Origin: an uncultured Planctomycetota bacterium
GTDB taxonomy: Bacteria > Planctomycetota > Planctomycetia > Isosphaerales > Isosphaeraceae
Direction: 5' to 3'
Length of the DNA stretch: 64,000 nucleotides
Assembly: GCA_963737655.1 (NCBI GenBank)
Contig: CAVTTN010000002.1
Coordinates: forward strand, 7,520,001 to 7,584,000
This document shows, piece after piece, positions 1 through 10,844 of this stretch. The notes beneath the pieces were generated by a model. It was given only the letters and a program-made list of their open reading frames with translations. It was not told where the DNA came from and did no database searches. The stretch's first letter is position 1; each line of letters opens with the position of its first letter. The position numbers and the translations under genes were made by a program.

Positions 1-146
1 CCTCGGCGTCCATCGAATCCACCTCCTCTCGCGAAGGAAAACGGGGCCGTCGAAGCCTATCCCGACCTGAAGACGTCCGCAATCGGTGGCCGATCGGCCA
101 CCGGCCGGGTAGGCTGGTGTTTTCGCTCGGCCCGGAGGCGATCGCG

Positions 147-848
147 ATGGACGAATCGAAGAAGGCGGTGGTCTTGCTCAGCGGCGGCCTCGATTCCGCC
201 ACCGCCCTGGCCGAGGCGATCGCCGAGGGATTCACACCGTTCGCCCTGACGATCCTGTACGGCCAGAGGCACGCCGTGGAGCGCGACGCCGCCCGACGGG
301 TCGCCCGGTCGATGGGCGTGGCCCGCCACGTCGAGCAGACGATCGACCTCCGCGCCTTCGGCGGCAGCGCCCTGACCGCCGAGATCGACGTCCCGAAGGA
401 CCGCGACGCCGGCGCCATGGCCTCGGGCATCCCGATCACGTATGTCCCGGCCCGCAACACGGTCTTCCTCGCCCTGGCCCTGGCCTGGGCCGAGTCCCTC
501 GGCGCGTTCGACCTGTTCGTCGGCGTGAATTGCGTCGATTATTCCGGCTATCCGGACTGCCGGCCCGAGTACCTCGCCGCGTTCGAGACCATGGCGAACC
601 TGGCCACGAAGGCCGGCGTCGAGGGCTCGGGCCGATTTCGCATCCACGCCCCGTTGATCCGCATGAGCAAGGTGGAGATCATCCGCAGGGGCCGCGAGCT
701 CGGCGTCGATTACGGATCGACCCACAGTTGCTACGACCCCGACCCGCAAGGCCGGGCCTGCGGACGGTGCGACTCCTGCCGGCTGAGGCTCGACGCCTTC
801 GCCGCCCTCGGACTCGACGACCCGGCCCCTTATGCCACGACCGCCTGA
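147..848 (+). CDS. queC: 7-cyano-7-deazaguanine synthase
   Basis: Motifs [27 protein letters not shown] and C-terminal Zn ligands (SCY...CGRCDSC); GGAGG RBS before the ATG at 147. Confidence 0.95.
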   Translation: MDESKKAVVLLSGGLDSATALAEAIAEGFTPFALTILYGQRHAVERDAARRVARSMGVARHVEQTIDLRAFGGSALTAEIDVPKDRDAGAMASGIPITYVPARNTVFLALALAWAESLGAFDLFVGVNCVDYSGYPDCRPEYLAAFETMANLATKAGVEGSGRFRIHAPLIRMSKVEIIRRGRELGVDYGSTHSCYDPDPQGRACGRCDSCRLRLDAFAALGLDDPAPYATTA

Positions 849-890
849 ACGCGTCCGCGTGCCCTCCTTCACCCGCTTCGAGACATCCTG

Positions 891-1793
891 ATGCGACTCT
901 CCCATCGCCTCCGGGGCCTGTTCCCGCCTCTGCCCACGCCGTTCACCCGCGACGAATCGATCGACGTCCCGGCGCTCTCGCGGTTCGTGGATTTCCAGGT
1001 CGAGGCCGGGGTCCACGGCCTGTGGGTCCTCGGCACGACCGCGAGGTTCGACCAGGTCACCGAGGCCGACGCCCGCCTCGTCGCCGAGACGGTCCTGGAC
1101 GCGAATCGGTCGCGGCTCCCGACCGTCCTGAACGTCTCGGACCTCGGCACGAGGCGGACCCTCTTCCGCGCCCGATCGTTCGACGACCTCGCGTTCGACT
1201 ATTACGCCGCCCTCCCGCCCTGGTATCAGCCGATGAGCCCGGCCGAGGTCGGCGACTACTTCCGAAGCCTGGCCGACGGCCTGACTCGCCCGCTGGTCAT
1301 CTACAACGCCCCGTGGGTCTGCAATCAGCTCGCGTTCGACGACCTTCGCCGACTGGCCGAGCACCCGAGGATCGTCGGCGTGAAGGACGTCTCCCCGAGC
1401 CTCTTCCGCACCGTCGACTGGCCGAAGGAGGCCCGCGAGGCCCTGGATTTCCGCTACCTCCATGGCAACGATTTGCTCGCCACCTCGATCGACCTCGGCG
1501 CCGACGGCTTCGTCTCGGCCCTGGGCAACGTGTTTCCCGAAGTGGCCGTGGCGACCTGGGACGCGATGGAACGCAACGACCTGGCGGCGGCCTTCCGCCT
1601 GCAAAGCCAGTTCACCCGGCTCGGCCGGGCGATGAACCTCGGACCCACGCTCGCCTGCCTCGAAGCCGCCGGACGCCATCGCGGCCTCTTCGACCGGATG
1701 CTCCCGAGCCCGTATCGATCGCTCGACCCCGAAAAAGCCGGGAGGGTCATCGAGGCGATCGAATCCGTCGGGATCCTCCCCTCCGAGGCGTGA
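891..1793 (+). CDS. DapA/N-acetylneuraminate lyase family aldolase
   Basis: PTPF, LGTT, IYNAP and the IVGVKD Schiff-base Lys motif. Confidence 0.85.
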   Translation: MRLSHRLRGLFPPLPTPFTRDESIDVPALSRFVDFQVEAGVHGLWVLGTTARFDQVTEADARLVAETVLDANRSRLPTVLNVSDLGTRRTLFRARSFDDLAFDYYAALPPWYQPMSPAEVGDYFRSLADGLTRPLVIYNAPWVCNQLAFDDLRRLAEHPRIVGVKDVSPSLFRTVDWPKEAREALDFRYLHGNDLLATSIDLGADGFVSALGNVFPEVAVATWDAMERNDLAAAFRLQSQFTRLGRAMNLGPTLACLEAAGRHRGLFDRMLPSPYRSLDPEKAGRVIEAIESVGILPSEA

Positions 1794-1890
1794 TTCCGCC
1801 CCGCCGGGCGAGGCGAAGCGGACTCGAAATCGGGGGCGACAATGCCGATTGGATTTGCTAGAGTCTCGCCTCGCTGGAGACGGGCCCCGG

Positions 1891-2754
1891 ATGGCCCGGC
1901 TCTCCGGCGGATCGGACCCCGCCAGTCCGCCCGTCAGGTCCCATCGAGGAGAGTCAGGGCATGGAGGCCGTCCCCATCGACCGGGCCGAGGCCGGCGCGC
2001 CCTCGCGTTGGCCGTCCTGGCCCTCTTCCCCGGCCTGGCCCGGGGCGCGTCGTACCAGACCCCGAATTTCCGGGTCGAGGCCCCGTCGGCCGAGGCCGCG
2101 AAGCTCGTCGGCGACCGCGCCGAGAGCTGCCGGAAATCGCTGGCCATCGCCTGGCTGGGCCACGAGCTGCCGGACTGGGCCTCGCGATGCCCGATCCGCG
2201 TGAAGATCACCGGCGGAGAGGCCGGCGGCGTCACGAATTTCGGCTTCGCCCGCGGACGGGTGACCGATCAGGAGATCGAGATCGAAGGACGGCTTGACCG
2301 CATCCTCGCCTCGGCCCTGCCCCACGAGGTCACCCACACGGTCTTCGCCGCGTATCTCGGCGAGCCGATGCCGAGATGGGCGGATGAGGGCGGTTCGCTC
2401 CTCAGCGAGGACGATCGCGAGTTTCGCCGTCACGACCGGATCGTGATCGACCTCCTCGCCCGCAAGGGCGATTACCCGCTCGGCCGACTGTTCGTGATCG
2501 AAGATTACCCGAGCGACCTCATGGGCTTCTACGGCCAGGGCTATTCGGTCTCGCGGTTCCTCGTCGAGATGGGCGGGCGTCCCAGGTTCCTCCAGTTCGT
2601 CAAGGACGGCATGAAAAAAGGCTGGGACGGCGCCGCCAAGGCCCACTACAACCTCGCCGATTGCCGGGAGCTCGACCGAGCCTGGCGATCCTGGCACAAG
2701 GTGATCGCCCACGGGCCGGCCTCCGGCGACGCGGTGGCCGTCCACGCGCCGTAG
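1891..2754 (+). CDS. Secreted zincin (peptidase MA-like) protein
   Basis: Signal-like segment ALALAVLALFPGLARGA; PHEVTH (HExxH) followed by WADEG; start uncertain (ORF open from 1849). Confidence 0.7.
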   Translation: MARLSGGSDPASPPVRSHRGESGHGGRPHRPGRGRRALALAVLALFPGLARGASYQTPNFRVEAPSAEAAKLVGDRAESCRKSLAIAWLGHELPDWASRCPIRVKITGGEAGGVTNFGFARGRVTDQEIEIEGRLDRILASALPHEVTHTVFAAYLGEPMPRWADEGGSLLSEDDREFRRHDRIVIDLLARKGDYPLGRLFVIEDYPSDLMGFYGQGYSVSRFLVEMGGRPRFLQFVKDGMKKGWDGAAKAHYNLADCRELDRAWRSWHKVIAHGPASGDAVAVHAP

Positions 2755-2771
2755 GGTGCATTTGATGTGGC

Positions 2772-4427
2772 CTACTCCACGTAATTTTTCGAGAACCCCA
2801 TCTCCTCGGGGGCGTGGAGTCGGAGCATCTTCAGGTCGACGTCGCTCGGGACGCTCTGCCTCGTGGCCATCGACCCGAGGAACATGATCCCCAACGACAG
2901 CGGCACGCCCCAGATCGCGGGCTGCTCCATCAGCGATCGCGCCAGGGGACCCGGGTCGATCGTGAGGATCTTCTTGTCGAGGAGCATCGAGCAGACGATC
3001 GCCCCGAGCGACAGGATTCCGCCGGTCAGCATCCCCGCCCCCGCGCCGAACTTCGTCAAGCCTCGCCACCACGAGCCGAGCAAGAGCAGCGGGAAGTACG
3101 AGGCCGCGGCGATCGCGAACGCCCAGCCGACCATCATGGCGATGTCGAACGACTCGACCAGGAACCCCAGGCCCATCGACGCCGCGCCGATCAGCACGGC
3201 CGAGAGCTTGAACGCGAGCATCCGAGACGCCGGGCTCGCCCCCGGCCTCAGGATCTTCCCATAGATGTCGTGGGCCAAAGCGACCGACATGCTCACGAGA
3301 AGCCCCGAGAACGTGGACATGAACGCGGCGAACGCCCCGGCGCTGGTGATCGCGCTGAGGATCTGACCGACCAGCGGGTTCGTCAGCTTCATCGGCAAGG
3401 AGATCACCACGCGATCGGTCGTCCCGTTGACATAAAGTGAGGGCTCGACCAGCCTCCCCAGCGTCCCCCAGATCGGCGGGAAGACATAGAACGCCCCGAG
3501 CATGACCATCACCCAGAGCGTGGTTCGCTTGGCGGCGCGGCCGTCGGGATTCGTGTAGAACCTCACGAGGATGTGCGGCAAGCCGGCCGTCCCGCAGATC
3601 AGGGCGATGATCAGCGAGTAGGTATACAAGAGCGGATGTCCGTGTTTCGAGGACATCGGCCCGAACGGATGAATCCACCGGGAATTTGCCGGGACCTTCG
3701 GGGCGGGCGAGGCTGGGGCGGCCACCACGTGCGGCCCTCCGACGGGAACCGCCTGGGTCGCAACCGGCACGCCCGTCGGGTCGGCCGCGATCTTCGCCAG
3801 GTTCCCCGGGTAGTGGCCGAACACGCTGGCGATCACGAACACGGGCGCGGAGATCGCGAAGATCTTGGCCCAGTACTGGAACGCCTGGACGAATGTGATC
3901 CCCTTCATCCCGCCGAACGCCACGTTGAACGTGATCACCACGCCCACCACCACGATCCCCGCCCAGAACGGCCATCCCAGGATCGCCGCCATCGTCACCC
4001 CGGCGCCTTTCATCTGCGGCATCGTGTAGAAGAAGCCGATGCAGAGGACGAACGACACGGCCACCTTGCGGAAATTGGGGCTGTCGAACCGGCCTTCGGC
4101 GAAGTCGGGGATCGTGTAGGCCCCGAACCTCCTGAGCGGCCCGGCGATGAACAGGAGGAGGAAGAGGTATCCCGCCGCGTAGCAGGCCGGATACCACAGG
4201 GCGTCATATCCATTCTTCATCAAGAGGCCGGCGATCCCCATGAACGAGGCGGCGGAGAGGTATTCGCCCGAGATCGCCGAGGCGTTCCAGAAGACGCTGA
4301 CCGAGCGGCCGGCGACGAAGAAATCCGAAGCGGTTTTCGCCTTGCGAGTGGCCCAGAGGCCCAGGCCGATCGTCGCGGCGGTCATGAGGAACACGCCGAG
4401 GACCGGAATCCACGAAAACGGCGTCAT
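2772..4427 (-). CDS. Sodium:solute symporter, cation/acetate symporter ActP-like
   Basis: ASAISGEYLSAASFMG, GTAGLPHILVRFYT and many TM helices; ATG at 4427 overlaps the upstream gene stop. Confidence 0.9.
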   Translation of the reverse strand: MTPFSWIPVLGVFLMTAATIGLGLWATRKAKTASDFFVAGRSVSVFWNASAISGEYLSAASFMGIAGLLMKNGYDALWYPACYAAGYLFLLLFIAGPLRRFGAYTIPDFAEGRFDSPNFRKVAVSFVLCIGFFYTMPQMKGAGVTMAAILGWPFWAGIVVVGVVITFNVAFGGMKGITFVQAFQYWAKIFAISAPVFVIASVFGHYPGNLAKIAADPTGVPVATQAVPVGGPHVVAAPASPAPKVPANSRWIHPFGPMSSKHGHPLLYTYSLIIALICGTAGLPHILVRFYTNPDGRAAKRTTLWVMVMLGAFYVFPPIWGTLGRLVEPSLYVNGTTDRVVISLPMKLTNPLVGQILSAITSAGAFAAFMSTFSGLLVSMSVALAHDIYGKILRPGASPASRMLAFKLSAVLIGAASMGLGFLVESFDIAMMVGWAFAIAAASYFPLLLLGSWWRGLTKFGAGAGMLTGGILSLGAIVCSMLLDKKILTIDPGPLARSLMEQPAIWGVPLSLGIMFLGSMATRQSVPSDVDLKMLRLHAPEEMGFSKNYVE

Positions 4428-4699
4428 CGGCCCACCTCGTCGCCGCTTGGCGCCGCTTCGGACCGGATCGCGTCCTCGATCGCGTCCGATGCGCGGACGA
4501 AATAGACCGAAAGCGCGACGGTGATCGGATAGAACAGGACGCCGAGGAACAACCAGCTCGCCGGGAAGCCGAAGATCGACGCATCGGCGACCGTCGGCAG
4601 GAAGCGATTGACCAGGGGGAGGCCGAGGATCATCGCCAGGAACACCGAGGCGACCCGGAGGCTCAGCGAGGCTTGCCTCCGCATCACCCGGCGAGACAA
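4424..4699 (-). CDS. Small membrane partner of the symporter (DUF485-like)
   Basis: Two TM helices; translationally coupled to the ActP-like gene; start uncertain. Confidence 0.7.
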   Translation of the reverse strand: MSRRVMRRQASLSLRVASVFLAMILGLPLVNRFLPTVADASIFGFPASWLFLGVLFYPITVALSVYFVRASDAIEDAIRSEAAPSGDEVGR

Positions 4700-4849
4700 C
4701 TGGGCGAGCTCGGCCCGGTCGGCACCGATCGGGGCATGGGATCATTCCGGGAGGAGGAGCGGCGACGGTCGATCGGAGCGATACTCTAGGCGTCGCCGAC
4801 CGTCTCCGCAAGCGGCCCCCGGCCCCGATCCCCCCGACGCCCGATCGCC

Positions 4850-6234
4850 TCAGGCCCGGGCGCCCTCCGCCAGCCCGGCCGCCGAGGGTTCGGCCAAGGC
4901 GGCCCTCGACCGAACGATCATCGGCAGGCCGAACTCGGGGCGGAGCGTCATCGTGGGGAGCGCCCTCACGTTCGCGTCCGGCGCGAGCTCCAGCCGGTAT
5001 TTCCTCGCGATGGTGGCCAGGACCAGGGCCATTTCCATCAACGCGAAGTCCTTGCCGATGCAGACCCTCGGGCCTCCGCCGAACGGGAAGTAGGCATATC
5101 TCGGGATTTTCCGGGCGAGGCCGCCCTCCCAGCGCTCGGGGCGGAACGTATCGGGGTCGTCGAACCATCGGGGGTCGCGGTGGACGAGCCATTGCGACAT
5201 GTAGACCGTCCAGCCCTTGGGCACGTTCACGCCCGCGACCGTCGTGGACACGATCGCCTCCCGGCCGATCAGCCAGACGGTCGAATCGACCCGCAGGGTC
5301 TCGGCGATCACGTTCTCGGTATAGGGCAATCTGGGGAGGTCGGCGATCGTCGGGGCCCGGCCTCCGAGGACCGAGTCGATCTCGGCGAGCATCTTCGCCT
5401 CGACCTCCGGGTGGCCGGCGAGCCGGTGGGCGACCCAGGCCAGGGTGTTGGCCGTCGTCTCGTGGCCGGCCATGAAGAGCGTCATGACCTCGTCGCGCAA
5501 TTGCCGGTCGGACATGCCGCCGTCTTCATCGGTGGCGTGGAGGAGCATCGACAGCAGGTCGCCCCGGCCCTCGCCGGACTTCCGCCTCTCGGCGATCATC
5601 CGGAAGACGATCGAGTCGAGCCGGCGGATGGCCTCTCGGAGGCGGCGGTTGGCCGGCGTGGGGAGCCATTCGGGGATCGGGACGATCCGGCCGATCTTGG
5701 CGGTGAAGGCGCGGAGGACGGTCTCCATCGCCTCGCTCGCCCCGGCGCTCTCGCCGCGGACCTCGGCGCCGAAGAGGGCCTTGGCGGCGATCCCCAGGGT
5801 CAGTTTCATGAACTCTTCCTGGGCGTCGATGCGCTGGTCGGGGCCCAGCCGTCGATCATGGCCTCGGCGAACTCGACCATCATCGCGGCCTGGGCGGCGA
5901 CCTTCTCGCGGGCGAACGCCGGCTGGGCGAGCTTCCTCTGCCGCCTCCAGAAGTCCCCTTCGCTGGTCAGGAGGCCCCGGCCGAGGGTCGATTTCGTCCT
6001 CTTCAATGCGAAATGCTTGATGAAATCCTTATTCTTGGTGACGAGCACCTCTTCGATCGCGTCGGGGTGGCTCACCACCAGGATTCGCCTCGGCCCCAGG
6101 CGGATCTGGAAGACGTCTCCATATTTGTGAAAGCATTCGGTGAGGAACGTGAGGCGGCCGGAGACGAACTGGCCGAGATTCCCCTTGAGCCAGTGGCCTC
6201 CCGGTCCGGGCGCGAGACGGGCATCGGTGATCAT
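4850..6234 (-). CDS. Cytochrome P450 (frameshifted as sequenced at ~5840)
   Basis: AGHETT, ETLR, PERW and FPFGGGPRVCIG motifs; adding one base to the GGGG run at 5840-5843 joins ORFs 5806..6234 and 4850..5809 (WAP-DQRIDAQEEFMKL). Confidence 0.9.
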
Positions 6235-6282
6235 CGCGGAATCCCTTCATTCCTTGCGTCGCGGAGGCGGATCGGGCCCGAG

Positions 6283-7500
6283 CTATCCGGGCGTCCCGTC
6301 CGAGGCGGTCGGCTCGGGGTCGAGCAGGACGACGTCCCGGCCGTCGAAGACGGCGTCGTCGGCGTCGGCGTCGATCGGGAGGCTGTGGATCCAGGAGTTC
6401 CAGCCGAGGATCGGCCCGGCCTCGCCCTCCTCGGGCAGGCGGCATTCGGGGACCTCGTCGGCCCGGAGGATCAGTTGGACCTCGAAATCCAGCTCGGGGC
6501 CGACGTAGAGCCTCGTCAGGTGGGAGAGCAGGAAGAACCCCTTGCGGTAGGGGACGGGGGTCGGATCGGGCAGCAGCCGGATGAACTGGCCGTAATTCAG
6601 GGGGCCGAGCCTCAGGCGGACCTTGCCCTGGACGTCCCACACGCGATCCCCGGCCACGGCCCCGACGCCCAGCTGGGCCGAGATCGTCGGCTCGCCGACC
6701 CGGGTGCGCACCTCGGGTTCGAGGGCCAGCCACTGGCCCTGGAACTGGTGGACCTCGACCGGGAGGCCGAAGAAGTCGTTGAGGATGGCTTCCAGCCCGG
6801 CGGCCGACCGCGGCCGGTGGGACAGGAGGCCCGAGTAATAGACCAGCGCGAGGTCATCCACCCGGGCGAGGGTCTCGAAGGAGAGCCGACCGGCATCGTC
6901 CCTCGGCGCGAGGACCTTGAGGCGGTTCCTCAGCGAGGGCATCCCCACGCCGACGAGGCTGAGGACCGCCTTGACGATGTCGTCGGGCTCGGAGCGGCCG
7001 GCGGTCCTCTTCTCGAACTGGATCGCCGGCCGGTACTTGGCGAAGGCGCGATAGAACAGCGAGGTCAGCCGGTGGTTGAACAGGTCGAGCCATTCGCGCA
7101 AGGCCCGGCGCTCGGCCGACTTGCTCTCGCGCTCCAGGCGGATCACGAGCTCGGTGAAGTGCCGGGGGAGGACGCCCGACGGCCCGATCAGCCCGAGGAA
7201 CGCCTGGGTGACGATCGGCGACGGCTTCTCGCTGGTGGGCCGTTCGATCGTATAGATCGAGCTGGGCGGGAACGTCAGCGAGGGGATCGAGCGAAACCGA
7301 GCGGCCTCCGATTTGGGAGGCCCCGCGTGGCCGACCGGGGCCTTCATCGGGTCCAGCAACTGGAGGAGCCGGACGGCCTGGAAGAAGTCGAAATGCGAGC
7401 CGGAGTCGAACAGCCGTTGCTCGACGGTGGGCTTCTTCCGCCTCGATGCCGAGGAGGAGGCGGTCAGATCAGGGGCTGTTCGCCCGCCCGAGGCGCCCAT
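6283..7500 (-). CDS. tssG: T6SS baseplate subunit TssG
   Basis: FDFFQAVRLL, FLGLIGPSGVLP, LDLFNHRL and LGWNSW; overlaps the tssF end. Confidence 0.92.
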   Translation of the reverse strand: MGASGGRTAPDLTASSSASRRKKPTVEQRLFDSGSHFDFFQAVRLLQLLDPMKAPVGHAGPPKSEAARFRSIPSLTFPPSSIYTIERPTSEKPSPIVTQAFLGLIGPSGVLPRHFTELVIRLERESKSAERRALREWLDLFNHRLTSLFYRAFAKYRPAIQFEKRTAGRSEPDDIVKAVLSLVGVGMPSLRNRLKVLAPRDDAGRLSFETLARVDDLALVYYSGLLSHRPRSAAGLEAILNDFFGLPVEVHQFQGQWLALEPEVRTRVGEPTISAQLGVGAVAGDRVWDVQGKVRLRLGPLNYGQFIRLLPDPTPVPYRKGFFLLSHLTRLYVGPELDFEVQLILRADEVPECRLPEEGEAGPILGWNSWIHSLPIDADADDAVFDGRDVVLLDPEPTASDGTPG

Positions 7501-9314
7501 GTCTTGAATGGCCTCTCTCCCTGCCTCGTCCGGGCGACGAGCTGGGTGAAGGAGTTGATCGTCGTGTACAGCCCGAGGAAGCGTTCCAGGAGGCTGGCGA
7601 ACAGGTAGGTCCCGGAGCCGAGGTATTTCTGCTCGTCGAGCTCGACGGAGACCTCCACCCCCCGGCAAAATCCGCTGGCGGCGCCGGAGCCGGTCCAGCC
7701 GACGACCGGGCGGGTCGAGAGGCCGACGATCCCGTCGATCAACTGCCGGCTGACCGCCGCGCCCTGTTCGCCCTGCTCGGGGTCGGAGAAGTCGTAGAGC
7801 CGGAGGATCTCCTGGAAGGCCTGGCGGCCGGCCTCGGGGTCGGACAGGCTCAGGTGGTTGAGGCTCAGGTGCGAGATCAGCCGCCAGTACGCCCCTCGCC
7901 GCGCCGGCGGCCGTTGCGTGATCGTGGGCATCCTCAGGCAGCGGATGCGGGACAGCGGGGCCGATTCCTCCAGGGAGAACGACAGCCGATCGCCGGCCGA
8001 TTGCAGCCTCGCCGGCAGGTCGCGGTTGGTGCAGGTCGTCCGGACCACCAGAGTGGACTCGGCGGGGAGCCTGGGATTGAACCCCAGGTCCACCAGGGTC
8101 AGATACACCTCGGTCCCCCGGTCGGACTCGTCGAACGACGGCCGCCTCGAGGCGATCCAGTAGGCCCGTCGGCCCGAGTCGGCCGAGCCGTGGCGGAACG
8201 AGTAGAACGGCTGGTACTCGGTCTGGGACCGCGACGCCGGATCGATCCCGATGACCTGATCGATCGAGTAGACCTCGTGCCCCGCCTGCGCGGTGACCTC
8301 CGGCAAAACGCGGTATTCCAGCTTCGCGTGGGTCAACGGGATCGGCTCGGCCGTCTTCTCGAACAGGTTCACCACCGGCGCGCAGCCGAGCCGGAACGTC
8401 TCGGCCGAGACCGATTGCTCCAGGTTCGAGGCGGCTCGGTTCAGATAGATGATCACGTCCATCGTCTTGCCGGGGCCCGACCGGCACGCCGGTCCCAGGC
8501 CCTTCAGGTCGGCGAACTGGAACTTGGACGGGAAGGCGAAGAACTCGGTCAGCAGGCGGTAGCCGAGGAACGAGTGGGACGGGTAGGGGAGCAGGCCCTC
8601 GTCCCGCTCGAACCCCACCTGGCCAAATGCCTCGTCGCCATCCAGGATGATCGGGGGCGCATCGACGCCCCGGACCTTCAGGGTCACGCACATCACCGAA
8701 TTGAACAGGGATTCATACAGGGAGGCGGCCATCGCCCCTTCGCCCAGGAGGAAGAAGCGGAGGGTCTCCAGGCTGAGTTCGTGGAAGCCCATCCCGGCCT
8801 TGCAGTCGAGCTGGAGCCGGATCGCGGCGGCGGCCCGGGGCGGGGGGTCCAGGCCCGGCGGGAAGGGCGGGGTCAGGTAGCGGGCCGACGCCACCTGGAT
8901 CGGCCACAGTATCACGTCATGACCCGTCCGGAACTTGCACGGCACGTCCTGGACCGGAGGGCTGGCGATCCGGCTCCCCCGGGGGATCTTGAAGCCGTCG
9001 GGGAGTTGGCCCCGGTCGAAGTCCAGGTCGAACTGGACGATCGCCATCGAGGGGATCGGCGCGAGGTAGTGCGGATAGAGGACGCCGAGGAGGGCGTCGG
9101 TCAGCTCGGGGAACTCGTCGTCGAGCTTCTTGTGGATCCGCCCGGCGAGCAGGGCGAATGACTCGATCAGGCGCTCGACGTGGGGGTCGATGCTCCGGTT
9201 CGGCTCCAGGAGCAGCCGCCCGGCCGCGGCCGGGTATTGCCGGGCAAACTCCTGGGAGAGCTGTCGGATGAAGATCAGCTCGCGCTCGTAATATCCGTAC
9301 AGTGCTTCGCTCAT
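7464..9314 (-). CDS. tssF: T6SS baseplate subunit TssF
   Basis: YYERELIFIR, DPHVERLIESFA, GYRLLTEFFAFPSKF, WRLISHLSLNHLSL and TINSFTQL. Confidence 0.95.
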   Translation of the reverse strand: MSEALYGYYERELIFIRQLSQEFARQYPAAAGRLLLEPNRSIDPHVERLIESFALLAGRIHKKLDDEFPELTDALLGVLYPHYLAPIPSMAIVQFDLDFDRGQLPDGFKIPRGSRIASPPVQDVPCKFRTGHDVILWPIQVASARYLTPPFPPGLDPPPRAAAAIRLQLDCKAGMGFHELSLETLRFFLLGEGAMAASLYESLFNSVMCVTLKVRGVDAPPIILDGDEAFGQVGFERDEGLLPYPSHSFLGYRLLTEFFAFPSKFQFADLKGLGPACRSGPGKTMDVIIYLNRAASNLEQSVSAETFRLGCAPVVNLFEKTAEPIPLTHAKLEYRVLPEVTAQAGHEVYSIDQVIGIDPASRSQTEYQPFYSFRHGSADSGRRAYWIASRRPSFDESDRGTEVYLTLVDLGFNPRLPAESTLVVRTTCTNRDLPARLQSAGDRLSFSLEESAPLSRIRCLRMPTITQRPPARRGAYWRLISHLSLNHLSLSDPEAGRQAFQEILRLYDFSDPEQGEQGAAVSRQLIDGIVGLSTRPVVGWTGSGAASGFCRGVEVSVELDEQKYLGSGTYLFASLLERFLGLYTTINSFTQLVARTRQGERPFKTWAPRAGEQPLI

Positions 9315-9387
9315 CGAGAGCCGTCCCGGATCGGGGCCTGCCGTGCCCGAGGCCGTTCCATCTTATCACGGACCGACGATCGGCGCG

Positions 9388-9871
9388 TCATTCCTCGGCC
9401 GTGGCGATCGTGGCCCGGCCGGTCGTCAGCTCCAGGACCGTGTCGAAGGCGACCTCGGGGCAGGGATCGACGGCGAGCCGGGCCTCGATGTGGAACCGGA
9501 CCCGGCGGAGGGTCATGTTCCCCCCCTCGATCATCGTCGCCTTCACGTCGCGGAGCCTCGGCTCGAACTTGCGGATGATCGACTCCAGGAGCCGGCAGAG
9601 ATCCTGCTTCTGCCGGGTCGCGACGAGCCTCCACCGAGGCGAGGTCCGGCATCCCGTAGGTCAGGACCGAATCGGGGGTGAAGACGAAGCCGGGCTCGAA
9701 GTCGTGCTTGGGCCGATGCGTGTTGAGCAGGTCTTCCAGGTCGCGACGGACCGCGTCCCGGACCTGCTCCAGGGTGTAGCCCCGGTTCCACGCCGTCCCC
9801 TCGGAATCCGAGTCGATCAGGCGATCGAGGATCGAGGGCATCAGCCCGTTCTGCGGCTCATCCCTGGGCAT
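9388..9871 (-). CDS. tssE: T6SS baseplate subunit TssE (frameshifted at ~9625)
   Basis: SILDRLID...RDLEDLLNT...SVLTYGMPD, continuing in another frame as IRKFEPRLRDVK...FHIEARL...FDTVLE to a stop at 9388-9390. Confidence 0.88.
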
Positions 9872-9946
9872 GGTCGGGCTCGGAGCTTGAGGAAAGGCGG
9901 GCGGGGCCGGCCTCGGAGGGGCCTGCGGGCGGGGGGCGTGCCCGCC

Positions 9947-10747
9947 TTACCCTTGGACTTCGGGCGTGGTGGGGATGAGCTCGCGGAGGTCCAGGAGCGC
10001 GATGGCGTCCTCGTCGAGGAGGAACAGGCGGGCCCCCACGCCGTGGACGGCGCCGCCCTCGGCCTCGATCCAGTCGGTCAGCCGGCCGAGCTTGGCGGCG
10101 TCGTCGGCGTGGGAGAACGTGCCGGGGTAGAGGTTGGGGAGGAACACGTCCCCGGCCTCCTCCTCCATCTCCAGCTTGGCGGGGAACCAGATCAGGTCGC
10201 GGGGGAACCGGGGCGGGGCCATCCCGAGTGAGACGACCTGCTCGACGGGCACCCAGAAATACGCGCCCTGGGCCATCACTTCCAGGAGGCTGCCGAAGAA
10301 GTCGTCGCAGTCCCGGAAGGAGGCGAAGGGGTTGCCGTTGAGGGTGCCGGAGACGGCGGGGTCGGCCTCGGCGGCCTCGACGAGCTTGGCGGCCATCTCG
10401 GCGGTCAGGCCCTGCCGGCGGCACTCCAGGGCTTCGATCCGCAGCTCGGCGTGGCGGGGGACGGGCCCGATGAACTTGGGCTTGTCGGCCGCCTCGAAGA
10501 CCTTGCGACGGGCCGCCTCGCTGTCCAGGAGCTTGCGGTAGGAGAGGGCGGCGAGGTCGAGGTCGGCGTCTCCGTAATGGATCGCGTCGAGCTGCTTGCG
10601 GGCCCGGTCGAGGTCGCCGGAGAAGGCGAGGAGCTCGAACAGGAAGAGGCGACGGTCCTGGTCGGTGGGGTGGGCCTTGACCTCGGCGGTCTGGGCCTCG
10701 ATGGCGGCCTTGAGGTCGCCGGCCTTGAACGATTCGGTCGCGGTCAC
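9947..10747 (-). CDS. tagJ: T6SS accessory protein TagJ/ImpE
   Basis: VKAHPTD..RLFLFELL..GDLDRA.KQL, D.DDFFG..LE, FLPNLYPG and KLGRLTDW; GTG start chosen. Confidence 0.88.
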   Translation of the reverse strand: MTATESFKAGDLKAAIEAQTAEVKAHPTDQDRRLFLFELLAFSGDLDRARKQLDAIHYGDADLDLAALSYRKLLDSEAARRKVFEAADKPKFIGPVPRHAELRIEALECRRQGLTAEMAAKLVEAAEADPAVSGTLNGNPFASFRDCDDFFGSLLEVMAQGAYFWVPVEQVVSLGMAPPRFPRDLIWFPAKLEMEEEAGDVFLPNLYPGTFSHADDAAKLGRLTDWIEAEGGAVHGVGARLFLLDEDAIALLDLRELIPTTPEVQG

Positions 10748-10844
10748 GGGAAGGCCCTCGGTCCGGAGCGGGTTCGGCCGGGTGGGAGGCAAGGGGCCCC
10801 CGGGGCGAGCGGCCCCGGGGTCCGAGACGGGGTCACTCGGCCGG

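Noticed and set aside
147..848. QueC as part of a defence or DNA-modification system (QatC/Dpd-like)
   Set aside because: It has canonical length and motifs of housekeeping QueC, and no partner genes lie downstream; upstream context is outside the window
57..2234. Long opposite-strand and alternative-frame ORFs (e.g. 57..2234, 11746..14262, 60187..63534)
   Set aside because: They are shadow ORFs of high-GC coding regions with no recognisable motifs and overlap well-supported genes
2751..2775. GTAGG...CCTAC hairpin between convergent stop codons as a REP or terminator
   Set aside because: The stem is short and imperfect, formed largely by the two TAG stops, and has no U-tract
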